Position numbers and translations under genes: made by a program. A stretch of 46,776 bases of DNA from Octopus bimaculoides (Eukaryota), in assembly GCF_001194135.2 (NCBI RefSeq), contig NC_068981.1:26078728-26125503 (forward strand), given 5' to 3'. Shown here piece after piece: positions 1 through 12,296 of the stretch (position 1 is the stretch's first letter; each line of letters starts with the position of its first letter). The notes under the pieces were generated by a model that was not told where the DNA came from, made no database searches, and was given only the letters and a program-made list of their open reading frames with translations.

Positions 1-179
1 ACCAACCCGACATCCATGCATCCATCAAACAGCTGAAGGAGCAGTTTGAAGAGGCAGAGTGTGCGTACAAGTATTTATCTATAATAAGAAATTTTCTACC
101 CGACAAAATATAATGAATAGTTTCCATTGCGATTGGACCGAGAAAGTTCCCCTCCCCGACACAATTCCGGACTAGGCTG

Positions 180-360
180 TTGGTTGAAATCCAGCACTTG
201 CTATGCATATCAGTCCCCACTCTCAACACCACTGATGCTTTTCAAAAGAAAGGCAAAAGCCGATACAGCTACACATTAGTGACGTTGTAACTCATTTCCT
301 CAAGACTGGTCCGGGAATCGAACTCACAAAACCAAGCCTCTAATCACTATGTCATGCGCC
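180..360 (-). mobile_element. tRNA-headed SINE, family C, degenerate
   Basis: Reverse complement begins GGCGCATGACATAGTGATTAG (A-box-like) and contains GAGTTCGATTCCCGG (B-box), followed by non-tRNA body. Confidence 0.6.
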
Positions 361-397
361 ATTACACACTCACACAGACACACAAACACAAACTCTA

Positions 398-451
398 CCC
401 AGGCCTTTGGCGACACCCTTAAATCCAAGAACTTTCCAGCACCCCGTAGTA
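398..451. mobile_element. Right-end fragment of the mariner-type MITE seen complete at 20876-21096
   Basis: ccaggcctttggcgacacccttaaatccaagaactttccagcacccc aligns to ccaggacgtccgcggcatccttaatgcccagaacttttcagtatctc at 21042-21090. Confidence 0.55.
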
Positions 452-477
452 TAATAACTTTTATCTTATAGTTATAT

Positions 478-635
478 AGTCATTGGACTCCGGCCTTGCT
501 GGGGCAGGGCATTAAAAGATTTAATCGAACGAATCGTCAACAGAACTTATTTCTTTAATCAAGGTATTTATTTTATCGCCCCTTTTGAAGAACCGCTAGG
601 TTAAAGAGACGTAAACAAAGCAACACCGGTTTCTT
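478..635 (-). mobile_element. SINE family B-related 3' half, degenerate
   Basis: Blocks such as gaaccgctag and gacgtaaaca..caacaccggtt are the reverse complement of the 3' half of the SINE at 17264-17760. Confidence 0.55.
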
Positions 636-894
636 CAGTGATGATTTTGAAAACATACATATAGATATATATTCATACATATGAATGTATCGTGTCATTT
701 CATACATAGTATATCATAGATTGAATTTCCATTATAAGACACGCCTTTATTTTACTATCAGAACTTAGAGTGTGATTTTTAAGCCATTTTATATTTTGCC
801 TTTTCTAGGTTGTTGTATGAATTCGTAGAGCTCCCCATTCTGACCATACTGTTGCTCGACAAAACGACGTTCCACAGTATTGCGATACCATTTG

Positions 895-1068
895 TATGCA
901 AGTATGTATGTATGTATGTATGTATGTATGTATGTATGTATGTATGAATGTATGCATGCATACATATATGTATGTATATATGTATGTGTGTGCATGTATG
1001 CAGGTGGGTATATCCCTTTCGGTCTCACTTTCTTTCTCTCTACACACTCAGAAACACACACACACACG

Positions 1069-1113
<45 letters not shown>

Positions 1114-1130
1114 ATATGTATATATATATA
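895..1130. repeat. Compound microsatellite (ATGT)n / (CA)n / (TA)n
   Basis: Direct reading; accounts for all ORFs at 779-1228. Confidence 0.95.
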
Positions 1131-1149
1131 TTCTTTCATTATTTTATTT

Positions 1150-1361
1150 GTTTCCATTATTTGACTGCGGCTATGCTAGAGCACACACTCTATTAGAACA
1201 AATCGACTTGATGACTTATCTGTTGTAAGTCTAGTGCTTATTCTATCGATCTCCTTTACCGAACCGCTAGGATACGGGGAGGTAAACATACCAACATCAG
1301 TAGTCAAGCGAATGTGGAGGTACAAGCACAGATACACACACACTAACACNNNNNNNNNNAC

Positions 1362-1398
<37 letters not shown>

Positions 1399-1430
1399 AA
1401 CACACACACACACACACGCACAGACATATA
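1150..1430 (-). mobile_element. SINE family B 3' half with its internal (CA)n tract
   Basis: ttgactgcggctatgctagagcac, cttattctatcg and ccgaaccgctag match the reverse complement of 17560-17740. Confidence 0.7.
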
Positions 1431-1436
1431 TATAGG

Positions 1437-1476
<40 letters not shown>

Positions 1477-1487
1477 AAGAGAGTGAG
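1437..1487. repeat. (AG)n microsatellite
   Basis: Direct reading. Confidence 0.95.
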
Positions 1488-1634
1488 ATAGATAAATATC
1501 TTGAGTCAGAAACAGAGAGTGAGTGAAAGCAATAGACAGGCGAATAGACTGATACATATACGTGTATATCTATAAATATCTCCAATAACCGAACGGTACA
1601 TTGCAAATATAGATATACATACACACATATGTTT

Positions 1635-1653
1635 ATGTGTGTGTGTGTGTGTG

Positions 1654-1695
<42 letters not shown>

Positions 1696-1710
1696 TGTGT
1701 TTGTGTGTAT
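1635..1710. repeat. (GT)n microsatellite
   Basis: Direct reading. Confidence 0.95.
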
Positions 1711-2295
1711 GCATATAATGATGTTTAGTACTGATATTATTACAGTGAAGCATTAAGCAATCTTTGCTCTCTCTGTTCCTGAAGATAACAAGCTATATTT
1801 AAATTTATGTCCAACCAAGTCGAGATAATATTCATCTGGATTTATAAACACTCAGAATTCGAGGTGAAGCTACACAATACATTACATAAACCTGGAATTA
1901 CACATTTGACTGTACTGATAACTTTAATATTGTTGTACTTAACACTAAAGAAGCACATGTTTTCTCACACACGCATACGTACACCCAAGGACGTACATAA
2001 TGCATATATGAATATTTATATATATATATATATATATGTGTGTGTATGTGTGAGTGTACCACAACAGGAAACGGAGATGATTTATGCTTGTAATCTAACA
2101 TGTTGCCAATTAAAGTGATGATTGTTCAAAGAACAAGAACTCTGGAGTAGTGACAGATCGATGTTTAAAGTTAAAGAAATAAAACACACATGCATACACA
2201 TATATACATATATTTAGTAAGTTTCAGTAAGTTTTCTATGCAGTAGGATTTTGAAAGGATCATAATCACGCATGCACGCTCCTACCGTATATATA

Positions 2296-2958
2296 NNNNN
2301 NNNNNNNNNNNNNNNNNNNNNNNNNNNNNNNNNNNNNNNNNNNNNNNNNNNNNNNNNNNNNNNNNNNNNNNNNNNNNNNNNNNNNNNNNNNNNNNNNNNN
2401 NNNNNNNNNNNNNNNNNNNNNNNNNNNNNNNNNNNNNNNNNNNNNNNNNNNNNNNNNNNNNNNNNNNNNNNNNNNNNNNNNNNNNNNNNNNNNNNNNNNN
2501 NNNNNNNNNNNNNNNNNNNNNNNNNNNNNNNNNNNNNNNNNNNNNNNNNNNNNNNNNNNNNNNNNNNNNNNNNNNNNNNNNNNNNNNNNNNNNNNNNNNN
2601 NNNNNNNNNNNNNNNNNNNNNNNNNNNNNNNNNNNNNNNNNNNNNNNNNNNNNNNNNNNNNNNNNNNNNNNNNNNNNNNNNNNNNNNNNNNNNNNNNNNN
2701 NNNNNNNNNNNNNNNNNNNNNNNNNNNNNNNNNNNNNNNNNNNNNNNNNNNNNNNNNNNNNNNNNNNNNNNNNNNNNNNNNNNNNNNNNNNNNNNNNNNN
2801 NNNNNNNNNNNNNNNNNNNNNNNNNNNNNNNNNNNNNNNNNNNNNNNNNNNNNNNNNNNNNNNNNNNNNNNNNNNNNNNNNNNNNNNNNNNNNNNNNNNN
2901 NNNNNNNNNNNNNNNNNNNNNNNNNNNNNNNNNNNNNNNNNNNNNNNNNNNNNNNNNN
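2296..2958. other. Assembly gap. Other gaps: 1350-1359, 8016-8199, 9305-9467, 12216-12232, 14278-14681, 16491-16785, 22581-22944, 25014-25223, 27981-28213, 38085-38804, 43434-43577
   Basis: N runs, most bordered by (TA)n on one or both sides; every long X-containing ORF in the track spans one of them. Confidence 0.98.
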
Positions 2959-3027
2959 TATATATATAAACGTGTATGTACGTAATGTTTGTACGTATAA
3001 GTATTCTATACTTATATACATATGCGT

Positions 3028-3280
3028 TAGGACGCCAGGCCTTGTGGCTAGGGTGTTGCACTTACGATCGCGAGATTGTGGTTTCAACTCCTAAACAAAG
3101 AAACAGTCATCCCACGTTGCTCTGTGATAACTTGGACACCTGACGTGTGACATACCGTGCACCTTTTCAAGTAAAATCGATTTCATGCAGAGAGTGAACT
3201 AATGTAAAGTACATACATTTGATCACTATAATCAAACCTTTTGTACATGTCGCCCGGCAAAAGCTGAATCCTCATACGTG
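3028..3280 (+). mobile_element. tRNA-headed SINE, family C-like
   Basis: Head ggacgccaggccttgtggctagggtgttgcacttacgatcgcgagattgtggtttcaactcc has A-box and B-box-like motifs at tRNA spacing. Confidence 0.55.
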
Positions 3281-3297
3281 TTCTTCGATGTGATAGT

Positions 3298-3329
<32 letters not shown>

Positions 3330-4254
3330 AATCAAAGCTAGAACAGAAGGCACACAAGAAACGGAAACCAACAAAATATAACATGCGGGAAAATAGACGA
3401 AAGCACGACAAATGGCAAACAGGACAAAAACAAGATACACGGATCATTTGCAGCCGACTACCTGATCGTTGGAGTCCGGAACTTCCTTATAGTGTCTCCC
3501 CTTTATCTCTGATACTACTCGAATCTGGTAGGTGAAGGGACTTAAGGTAAAAAGCATTAAGCCTCTTAGAAAGGCAAACGAATGCATGTAAGGCTGAAAA
3601 CAGGAGCAGAAACAAAAACGAGAAAGCTAGAATTATACACGTACTACACAACGCCTTTCGGTTATACAACAGAAGCAAAAAAATCTTTTGTATGCATACG
3701 AATACTAATAAAATAACAGAAAGGATCTTTCGACTATTGGGTGGATGTAACATTATGAAATAATAATGCAAGTTCAAGAGAAAAAGAATTATAAAATGGA
3801 CAAACGTCTTTCGGCTATACAACAAATGAAAAATAATTGTACAATTACTACAATAATATATAACAAAAAGAGTTTTTCAATTATCAGACAAGCGTAGTTA
3901 GCTGTTGCAAAGGAAAAATGCAAAATGGAAAATGGAAAATCTTAACAGACCGGGCGGGAGGACAGACGGACGCGATCAGCCTGAAGGGCAGCTGGTCGAA
4001 AAAGGATGACAATGCCTTAACTGGACAGCGATCACGTAGTAGGAGACCAAAAGAGTTGAAGAAGGCAGAAGGACTAAAGAATAGGAGAGAGGGGAAAGAA
4101 ATCTGAGTGACTAAAGAATGAGAAGGAAGGGGGAGAGAGAGAAAAGGTACAATTGAGGTAAGTTAAGAAGCAAAGGGATTGGAAAATAAGAGTGTGGAGG
4201 AAAAAGATTTATGAATACGAGAGAGGGAAAATGACATCGGGGGGACAGAGGAAC

Positions 4255-4282
4255 GAGGGACAGAGAGAGAGAAAGAGAGACA

Positions 4283-4315
<33 letters not shown>

Positions 4316-4345
4316 AAGGAAGGAAGGAAGGAAGGAAGGAATAAG
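4255..4345. repeat. (AG)n / (GGAA)n purine tract
   Basis: Direct reading; generates the Leu/Ser/Phe-rich minus ORFs at 4111-4473. Confidence 0.9.
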
Positions 4346-5843
4346 GCAGAAAAGCGAGGAAAAGAGGGTGAGAGTCGTACACAATATTCAAGGGATATAT
4401 TTTTCAACAAAGTAAATAAAAACATGTACGGAACGCGGCATAGACAAATCAAAGGTAGAACAGAAAAACACAACAGAAATCAACATATATATATATGTAA
4501 GTGTACGTGTGTTGTGTGTCATATATATAATATATATTCAATATATTCTATATATTCCCCCCTCTCTCTCTCTCTCTAAATATATATATGCATATCATGT
4601 AATACTATGTATATAATACGTAAACATATATATATATCACACAAATGTAAACTCATGTATTATTTTCCTCTGGGAATTTTGTAGTCAAGACGGTGTCAGT
4701 GTGTTAATCATTTCTTAACCTGAAGGTTTCACATGAAAATAAAATAAAATATAGTGGAAATAAATTTTATAGAAACTTTTATAAATGACTTCGTTTAAAT
4801 TTTGCCTCAAGCGATTATATTATTCATTTCCGAGAACATGTTTGCGGTATATTTCTCGTCATTCCAGTTCAAAGCCGAACGAGTCTGTAAAAATGCTATC
4901 ACAAATACGTTTACTTTCAATCCAATTGCGGGGAATTTGTTCATTTAGTAACAACACCACGCAAACTGTCTTCAGAAGTCACGAAACACGAAAAATCATA
5001 TTATTCATTATTTTCTATGATTTTTTTTTTTTTGCACCTCATATCTTTCCCGAAGCTTCAATTATTAGATACATTCTGATACTAATGTTCACGCATACAT
5101 GACTTGTAACCGGCATAAATTCTGCAAAGTAAAAAGCGAAGCATTTTGTAAAGCGTAAACATAAATAACTAGGAAGGTGTGTATGTGTGTTTGTAGTATG
5201 CGTGTGCGTGCGTGGGTGCTTGTCTGTTGATTTTTCTTTTCATGGCCTGCAACTTAGAGGTAAATGGAACAAAGAATTCAGTGGAATTTACGCAGAATAC
5301 AGTCTGAATAAACTGACATGGAAAAATAATAATATACAAAACATAAGAAATGATATGGATTCAACCAAATGGAATCAAATAAAGTAGCAACAAAGTCAGG
5401 ATTATGAAGCTACCATTCCTCTAAATTTTCTTCTAAATTCACACTGCCTTCTCGAAGAACCGCGAAGCCAAGTATTGTAGGAAGCTGTCCCAAACTTAAA
5501 GTCCTCCGAGAAAATGTTATTTCGTTGATTGTTGCTGGTACACAGAGACTCCCGAAAAGGTGACCGTCCCATCACCCACTAATAATATTTAGACGATCCG
5601 TTCAGAAGTATGTGTAGCTGACAATATTCTCGAAGCTAGCTGTCTAATTATGGCTTCCGTTTGACCGAACTCTGTAAATCTGTGAAAGGGATGAGCATCA
5701 AAAAAGGTCTTAGATTTCAGCAGACTCCGTAAACAATGTGAAAGCTTGCACATAAATAGCCATGGCAAACGAGCCGTCAATGTAAGGGACATTGACAGAA
5801 ATAATATAAATAATGACGGGAATATTGACTTCAAATTTTGGCG

Positions 5844-5956
5844 CAAGGCTAGCAGTTGATACTTATTTAATAGACCCCGTAAAGGATGAAAGGCGAAGTC
5901 AGCCTAAGTGAAATTTGAAACCGGCGTACTGACGATTCTGCTAACTCGCCGCCTTA
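5844..5956 (-). mobile_element. SINE family A, internally deleted
   Basis: gaccccgtaaaggatgaaaggcgaagtc and gattctgctaactcgccgcctt are shared with the full copy at 23311-23526. Confidence 0.75.
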
Positions 5957-6586
5957 ATAATGATGAGAATATTAATATTAATGTTCACACGTCAGGACAA
6001 GTGCACAATTTTCTTTGGATGAAGCAGTCGATTAAACTGTATGACCCAGCATTGTCTCAATACTTGTAGTTATTTTATAGAACTTTAAAGGCCAAAACGT
6101 ATAAATGAACACAAGGATTTCAAATGAAATTGTGTGACAGTGGCCATACGATAAGGAATTAAAATGGACGAGTTCCACCACGTTCATGAGCAGAAGCTTC
6201 TGTCAATATATAAAGGTTTATATTATCTGTTAAACGGGGCCAAATTAACGCAATTACTTGTTTTCCCAAGCTATGAGAGGGGTCGATATCAACATTGCAA
6301 TCCAATAAAACACATGAAACGTAAACACACGATATGTCGTTGCTAACTGTTAATGCAATAGGCCGTTGACAGCTATTAGTCATAGATGTCACGCAAACCC
6401 GATGTCAATATTTGATCTATTGATTGTGGTGTCTCTATGAATATCATTCTCATCTGATTTTATCTTTTTCTCATATGCTGTCTTCTTCTTCCATCAGTTT
6501 TACTCTCTCGCTCTCTCCCTCTCTCCCGCAATCTTTCTGACTAAATACACGCACACACAAGCACGCATATATTCATTTGTATATGG

Positions 6587-6655
<69 letters not shown>

Positions 6656-6940
6656 CATGAAGTTGTATGTCTTTATATGCATAATAGATGTGGCCCAACA
6701 CAAAGCTGACGCCAGTGGGCTTTTTATCTTCCACGCACTCGAGCATGCACTGGCAAAACATTATTCGGAACCAGGTCCAGCTGTCAACATCTGAGATGTC
6801 TCAAACATGTTGCGTGCATGTGTTACTGGTTGATTCACTATTGTTTTCTTTTCCAGGTAAACACCTGGTTGGAGATGAAATAAGGGTTTCGAAGACTATC
6901 TGGAGAAGGGTAACATTAATCATTCAAGAGTAAAAAGCCT

Positions 6941-7250
6941 GTCTACAAGGTATTAAATGTGCCAGTGTCAGTGGGAAAGTGTAACCGAGGATATATAGGT
7001 GATAAAAAATCAGGGGAAGCTTCAAAAGGCATATGTCTACACACAAGAGCCCTTACCGTCTCCCACAAAATATTTAGATATCCTGTGAGCGAAAGAATAT
7101 GAGTTTTAATCATTGGGATACATTGTTTTTTAAGGATTTGACTTTGAAGAAGACAGCCGATATCGAAATCGGTGGACGAGCATAAGCATATTGAAAGAAT
7201 TTCATAACCATACATAAACAGAGATGAATTCCTACAATACTTAAAATAAA
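6941..7250 (+). pseudogene. Possible decayed GIY-YIG endonuclease region of a Penelope-like element
   Basis: + frame reads VYKVLNVPVSVGKCNRGYIGD; a downstream segment reads PYINRDE. This resembles VYxIxC..C...YIG and the C-terminal INRD of Penelope GIY-YIG domains. Stops present; by-eye match only. Confidence 0.3.
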
Positions 7251-7761
7251 CAACAGATACATTAGCATCTAAAATCATATGTGCATAGATATGTATATGC
7301 ATATATATATATTTATATATATATGGGGTGGGGTCTGTGTTTGTTTCTGGCTCTGTGTATATGTGTGTGTATGTATTACATACAAACGCACATTGTACAT
7401 GTGAGTCAATGCTTATGTGGTGCGGTTGGGTAGATCTGTATATCTGTCTATATTCATATAACGAACTTAAAGTGGATAGGAAACGATACAGACATACGAC
7501 TAAAGGAAGACAGATTCATGCAAAGCGGTTGTACGAATAAATAACTGCATCAGCGAAATGATACTACATGTGTACTGTATCACTTTAAGACTTACGAGTA
7601 GGAGCAACACAAAAAAATTGAAAACACCGATAAAAGTATTTCACCAGTAATAGATCTTATTACATTAAGAACATTTTTTTTTAAAGGTCACTATATAAAA
7701 AGCGAAGAAACAATAGTTGTAGATTATCCTTCTATCATGCACACACACAATACATTCATAT

Positions 7762-7970
7762 ATTTCTTTATTGCCCATTGGGTGCTAAACACAGAGGAGA
7801 AAAACAAGGACAGACAAAGGGATTAAGTCGATTACATCGACTCCAGTGCGTAACTGGTACTTAGTTAATGGACCCCGAAAGGATGAAACGTAAAGTCGAC
7901 CTGGGTGGAATTTGAACTCAGAACGTAACGGCAGACGAAATACCTACCGCTAAGCATTTCGACCTGCGTG
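7762..7970 (-). mobile_element. SINE family A with alternative 3' tail; head truncated at (TA)n
   Basis: gtcgattacatcgactccagtgcgtaactggtac, gaccccgaaaggatgaaa and ggaatttgaactcag (reverse complement of B-box GAGTTCAAATTCC). Confidence 0.85.
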
Positions 7971-8015
<45 letters not shown>

Positions 8016-8201
8016 NNNNNNNNNNNNNNNNNNNNNNNNNNNNNNNNNNNNNNNNNNNNNNNNNNNNNNNNNNNNNNNNNNNNNNNNNNNNNNNNNNNNN
8101 NNNNNNNNNNNNNNNNNNNNNNNNNNNNNNNNNNNNNNNNNNNNNNNNNNNNNNNNNNNNNNNNNNNNNNNNNNNNNNNNNNNNNNNNNNNNNNNNNNNA
8201 T

Positions 8202-8670
8202 CCAGCCGAAATTGCAAAGATAATCTGGAACTCGACTGAGAAAAGAAAACTCCGAATGACTCGTCCTTGTTTTCTTTGTATTGTCTATCTGGATGTTTTG
8301 CGTTCTTTCTTGGTTCGACTACCATCCGTGCAACATCTATATTCTTCCCTGCGCCTGCTAAATGATGTGTCCCTGCCGTAAGGCTTTACTTCCATACACG
8401 TCAGCTCAATTTAATTCGTCCTTTGTCAAAAGACACCCGTTTTTAATGTCCCGTTTTTTGTATTTGTGTACTATTTTCCCGTTTTTTCGGTCCTTGTTTT
8501 CATATACATTTGCTGCTTTCTTCCAAGGAATCTAATGCTTTTAGGTTAGTTTTTCCTTGGGGCTGGCCAGATTGGAGCAATCTCGAGTATGACCAGCTGA
8601 AATTGCAAAGATAATCTGGAACTCGACTGGGGAAAGAAAACTCCGAATGACCAGTCCTTGTTTATTTGTA
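8202..8670. repeat. Unit bounded by ~79-bp direct repeats (8202-8280 and 8593-8670; period 391 bp)
   Basis: ccagcYgaaattgcaaagataatctggaactcgactgRgRaaagaaaactccgaatgac occurs twice, about 90% identical; the left copy is cut by the gap. Confidence 0.85.
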
Positions 8671-8744
8671 TATATATATACATGTATATACGTATATCTA
8701 TCTATATATTGATCCATCTGTCTGTGTATCGATATATCTAGACA

Positions 8745-8750
8745 GATAGC

Positions 8751-8817
<67 letters not shown>
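8745..8817. repeat. (GATA)n microsatellite
   Basis: Direct reading. Confidence 0.97.
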
Positions 8818-8818
<1 letters not shown>

Positions 8819-9171
8819 AAACGCATTTAGAAAAAACCGTCATCATAACAGACATGCTATAAAATGTGAGCGTACATTTGTGAGTTTAGAATATAATTAT
8901 CTATATTTTGAATATAAGCATTCCGAAGTTACTACTGTTACAAATTTCATATCTTCTCTCGGTGTTTAGTATTTTACCTGGCACTCGCCCCACTGACAAA
9001 TGCAATAGATCTTGAACCGATTGAACTTCTCTTGGGTTTATGTTCAATATAAAATTACACGCCTACACGCGCATATTCACAGGCATACCTACAGTATATT
9101 TATGAATCCTTTTTGTATATTCAAAAAGTAAAAAAATAGGCTACATAATCTACATAAGCTACATATATATA

Positions 9172-9176
<5 letters not shown>

Positions 9177-9236
<60 letters not shown>

Positions 9237-9240
9237 CGTG
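9177..9240. repeat. (GT)n microsatellite
   Basis: Direct reading. Confidence 0.97.
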
Positions 9241-9467
9241 CAAGAAGAGTGAGATATTTTGTCCGTACAGACATTTAAATATAAGCATGTACATATCTAT
9301 CTACNNNNNNNNNNNNNNNNNNNNNNNNNNNNNNNNNNNNNNNNNNNNNNNNNNNNNNNNNNNNNNNNNNNNNNNNNNNNNNNNNNNNNNNNNNNNNNNN
9401 NNNNNNNNNNNNNNNNNNNNNNNNNNNNNNNNNNNNNNNNNNNNNNNNNNNNNNNNNNNNNNNNNNN

Positions 9468-9498
<31 letters not shown>

Positions 9499-10890
9499 TT
9501 TAAAATCTGAAACCAATACGTAAAAACAATACATCAAAGAACGTTAAGAAAGACCGGTGTAATATTGATAGTTCAAAGAAAGTTATTAGCTTGGCAATAG
9601 TGTAAACGAGACGGTTATCCATGACTGTTTACATATCTAAATCATTAAATCCTAATAAATGAATTTCTAAGTACGTAACTCAAGCTAGTCTTTTTGAAGA
9701 ACTTCAGAGCAGCAATTATTCAAGAGCATCAGTGGAGGTAGTGAATTATTTTTAGATTTTACAGCAATTATTTCTTTTGGCTTTAGACTAAGCAGATACT
9801 AGGGCAAACACTTTCAGATGTAAGTTACAAGCCTCATGTCGACTTTTCCTCTTGGTACTGAAAACAACTGAGTCGATGTCATTTAACTACGGTGAAGAAG
9901 CTGTTTGAATATTATTGTCTGCCTTAATAAATGAATAGTAATCTTTTATTTGATCTACTCTGCATTTCATTGCTGATATTGTTTTCAATCTATGCAGTAT
10001 TAATTACCCAGTCCTCTGAATAAAGGCGTTCTATATTGTTTTTTAGGAATATCTAAAATCATCTGTGGTGAGCTTGTAATTTTTAAGAGGCGAGAAGAAA
10101 ATAGAGTCGAAAACTCCTCTAAATCTGACATCGACAGAAGAATACGATGCAAATTATAAATAGCGCTTTGCAGCAAGAAAACAATTGACTTTCATTTTGA
10201 TGGATGCGAATCTGTATAATTGAAAGTAACAAAAAAACAAAACAAAAACAAAAGAAAACGTATTTCGCATGGATTTGCGTAGCTTAAAACCTCATTTTGT
10301 GAATATCGCATGCAATCACACTTAATGTATTCAAATTTCCTTGTGAGTTAGAAACAAAATCAGAAATCTATAGACAGTTGTTCGTAAGACGTAAGCAGTT
10401 GAATAGCTAATACGAAAAATTTAAGGAATTCATATTTCTCAATGGAGCTAATGCTTTATATTCTATTTCAGTTTATTAAACAGAAGCACATTCACATAAA
10501 TATGTGTGTGAGTGAGTGTGTGTGTATGGATATATATACTCGGGCACACGCGCACATACACTTGTACATACACGCACACATACACACATACTCACACGCG
10601 CGCACACACACACATACACTCACATAGTGCTAGGTTAAAGCTAATTGATTTACTATACGCATCTCGACAACAATACAGTCTCGACACTTTCTATACCCAA
10701 TGGACCAGCCATTCAGACAAAATAATACTAAGACGTAATCATCGATTAGGACGTCAGCTTTGCTCCATACAATTTTACAGGCCAGAAGCCATATCTACAT
10801 TAAATATGACTTGTTTCATTTCATTTTATCTATGTACCTGTAAAAGTAATTAACTTCTAACAGTAAATTATGCATTGTTAACTAAGACAG

Positions 10891-11020
10891 GATTCCACCG
10901 AGGTTGATTTTGCCTTTCATTCTCTCGGGGTCGATAAAATAAATACCAGTCAATCTATAGGGCCGATGTAATCAACTAGCCCCAATCCCCCAAATTTCAG
11001 GCCTTGTTCTTATTATCGAA
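10891..11020 (+). mobile_element. SINE family A, 5'-truncated
   Basis: gattccaccgaggttgattttgcctttcattctctcggggtcgataaaataaataccag is the sense form of the family A core. Confidence 0.75.
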
Positions 11021-11753
11021 AGTATTATTAAATAGCAGGAGAAAATGCACGTTCAAACTCAGGTTTAATTCCTTTCCTTAAATACCATTATATACGATTA
11101 TTTCTCAATATAATTTACTCGTTTATATTCGTGAAAACTTGTGTGATGCGCTTTTCTTCTAACGTCCTAAGATCTTGCTTAGAAATCTAGAATCTATACG
11201 TGTAAATTAGTAAATTCGTATAACACCGAATAACTTTAAGTTTAGTGGACAGAGAGACATGCATTAATCATTAAATTTCTATGGCAAAAAAGTAAAGGAA
11301 TACAAATGTCTTTGAAGTGAATCTATATCTATTTTAGGGTCTTGAATAGTAAGCCCTGGTTACACTTTGAAAATGATAGTACAGGGAAAATAAAGCAACA
11401 ATACGTTATCTTGCAATGGTCTTCCATGTTATACAAAAGACGGTCTAACAGCAACAATTCGTTCGCTGCTAATAACATCTGACCTAATGTGAATTTAATC
11501 AGATGGTATGTCATTTGGGAAGTGCTTCAGAGTGTGCGCCAGGAACATTAAAGGTTATGTAACATTGATGTTAGATGTGGCTGATTTTACGTTAAGGTAT
11601 GTTGTAACTGTTTCTGATAATTATCTCGATTGTTGACTGAAGGAACAATCTCATTTCGGCATTGGATAACTGAGGATGAGTGCCGATGTGTGGGTGTGTC
11701 TAGAAGAGGTATCTCGGCATCAGTGAATATATTTGTGCATACACAAATCCTCG

Positions 11754-11895
<142 letters not shown>

Positions 11896-12257
11896 TATGT
11901 CTGTCTGCTGTCTGTCATATACGTATCTACACATATTTGTAGGTGTATATGTGTGTGTGTGTGTATGTGTGTATGTGTGTGTGTGTGTGTGGGTGTGTGC
12001 GTGCGCTTGTGAGTGTTTGTGTATGTATAAACTTAAAAGTCTAGATACTTTGGTTGGTAAGACACAGAATGTCGTAACATTAGTATCCCAGAATCCCTTG
12101 CGCCAATTTGCCGAGTGCTTTATGTACAGGATATTGCTGTAAAAGAGAGAAGTTGTTTACCTGTGACATACACAACGCCAGCTAGCATAATAGCATATAT
12201 ATATATATATATATANNNNNNNNNNNNNNNNNTATATACATACAGACAGACATAAAT

Positions 12258-12295
<38 letters not shown>

Positions 12296-12296
12296 T

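Noticed and set aside
779-1753. Many overlapping ORFs rich in HT/CV/YI/RE repeats, also throughout the window
   Set aside because: They are translations of (CA)n, (TA)n, (AG)n, (ATGT)n and (TATC)n, which lack stops in several frames.
2266-3087. Long ORFs containing X runs, here and at every gap
   Set aside because: Artefacts of N-gaps being read as non-stop codons.
4785-5102. 105-aa ATG ORF with an Arg/Ser-rich N-terminus resembling a mitochondrial presequence
   Set aside because: Composition is what AT-rich non-coding DNA gives, the ORF runs through a poly-T tract, and there is no splice or homology support.
5400-5790. GC-richer island; one minus frame reads IFSEDFKFGTAS, reminiscent of a glycoside hydrolase family 1 N-terminus
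   Set aside because: The following AYQxEG motif is absent and all frames are short; probably chance or an unrecognised TE relic.
8202-8670. CRISPR-like or prokaryotic interpretation of the direct repeats
   Set aside because: Only two long copies, a eukaryotic repeat context and no cas-like ORFs anywhere in the window.
9787-9819. Possible 33-nt + strand microexon (ggctttag|...GAT|gtaagt); similar isolated splice-like sites near 6857, 11596, 23797, 35156 and 43105
   Set aside because: Such sites are expected by chance in 47 kb, and I could not chain them into a coherent protein.
11340-11480. + frame LHFENDSTGKIKQQYVILQW resembling the FDxxGD..Y.I.NW motif of class C GPCRs
   Set aside because: Weak match, ends in a stop without a good donor, and lies on the opposite strand to the 35.7-kb candidate exon.
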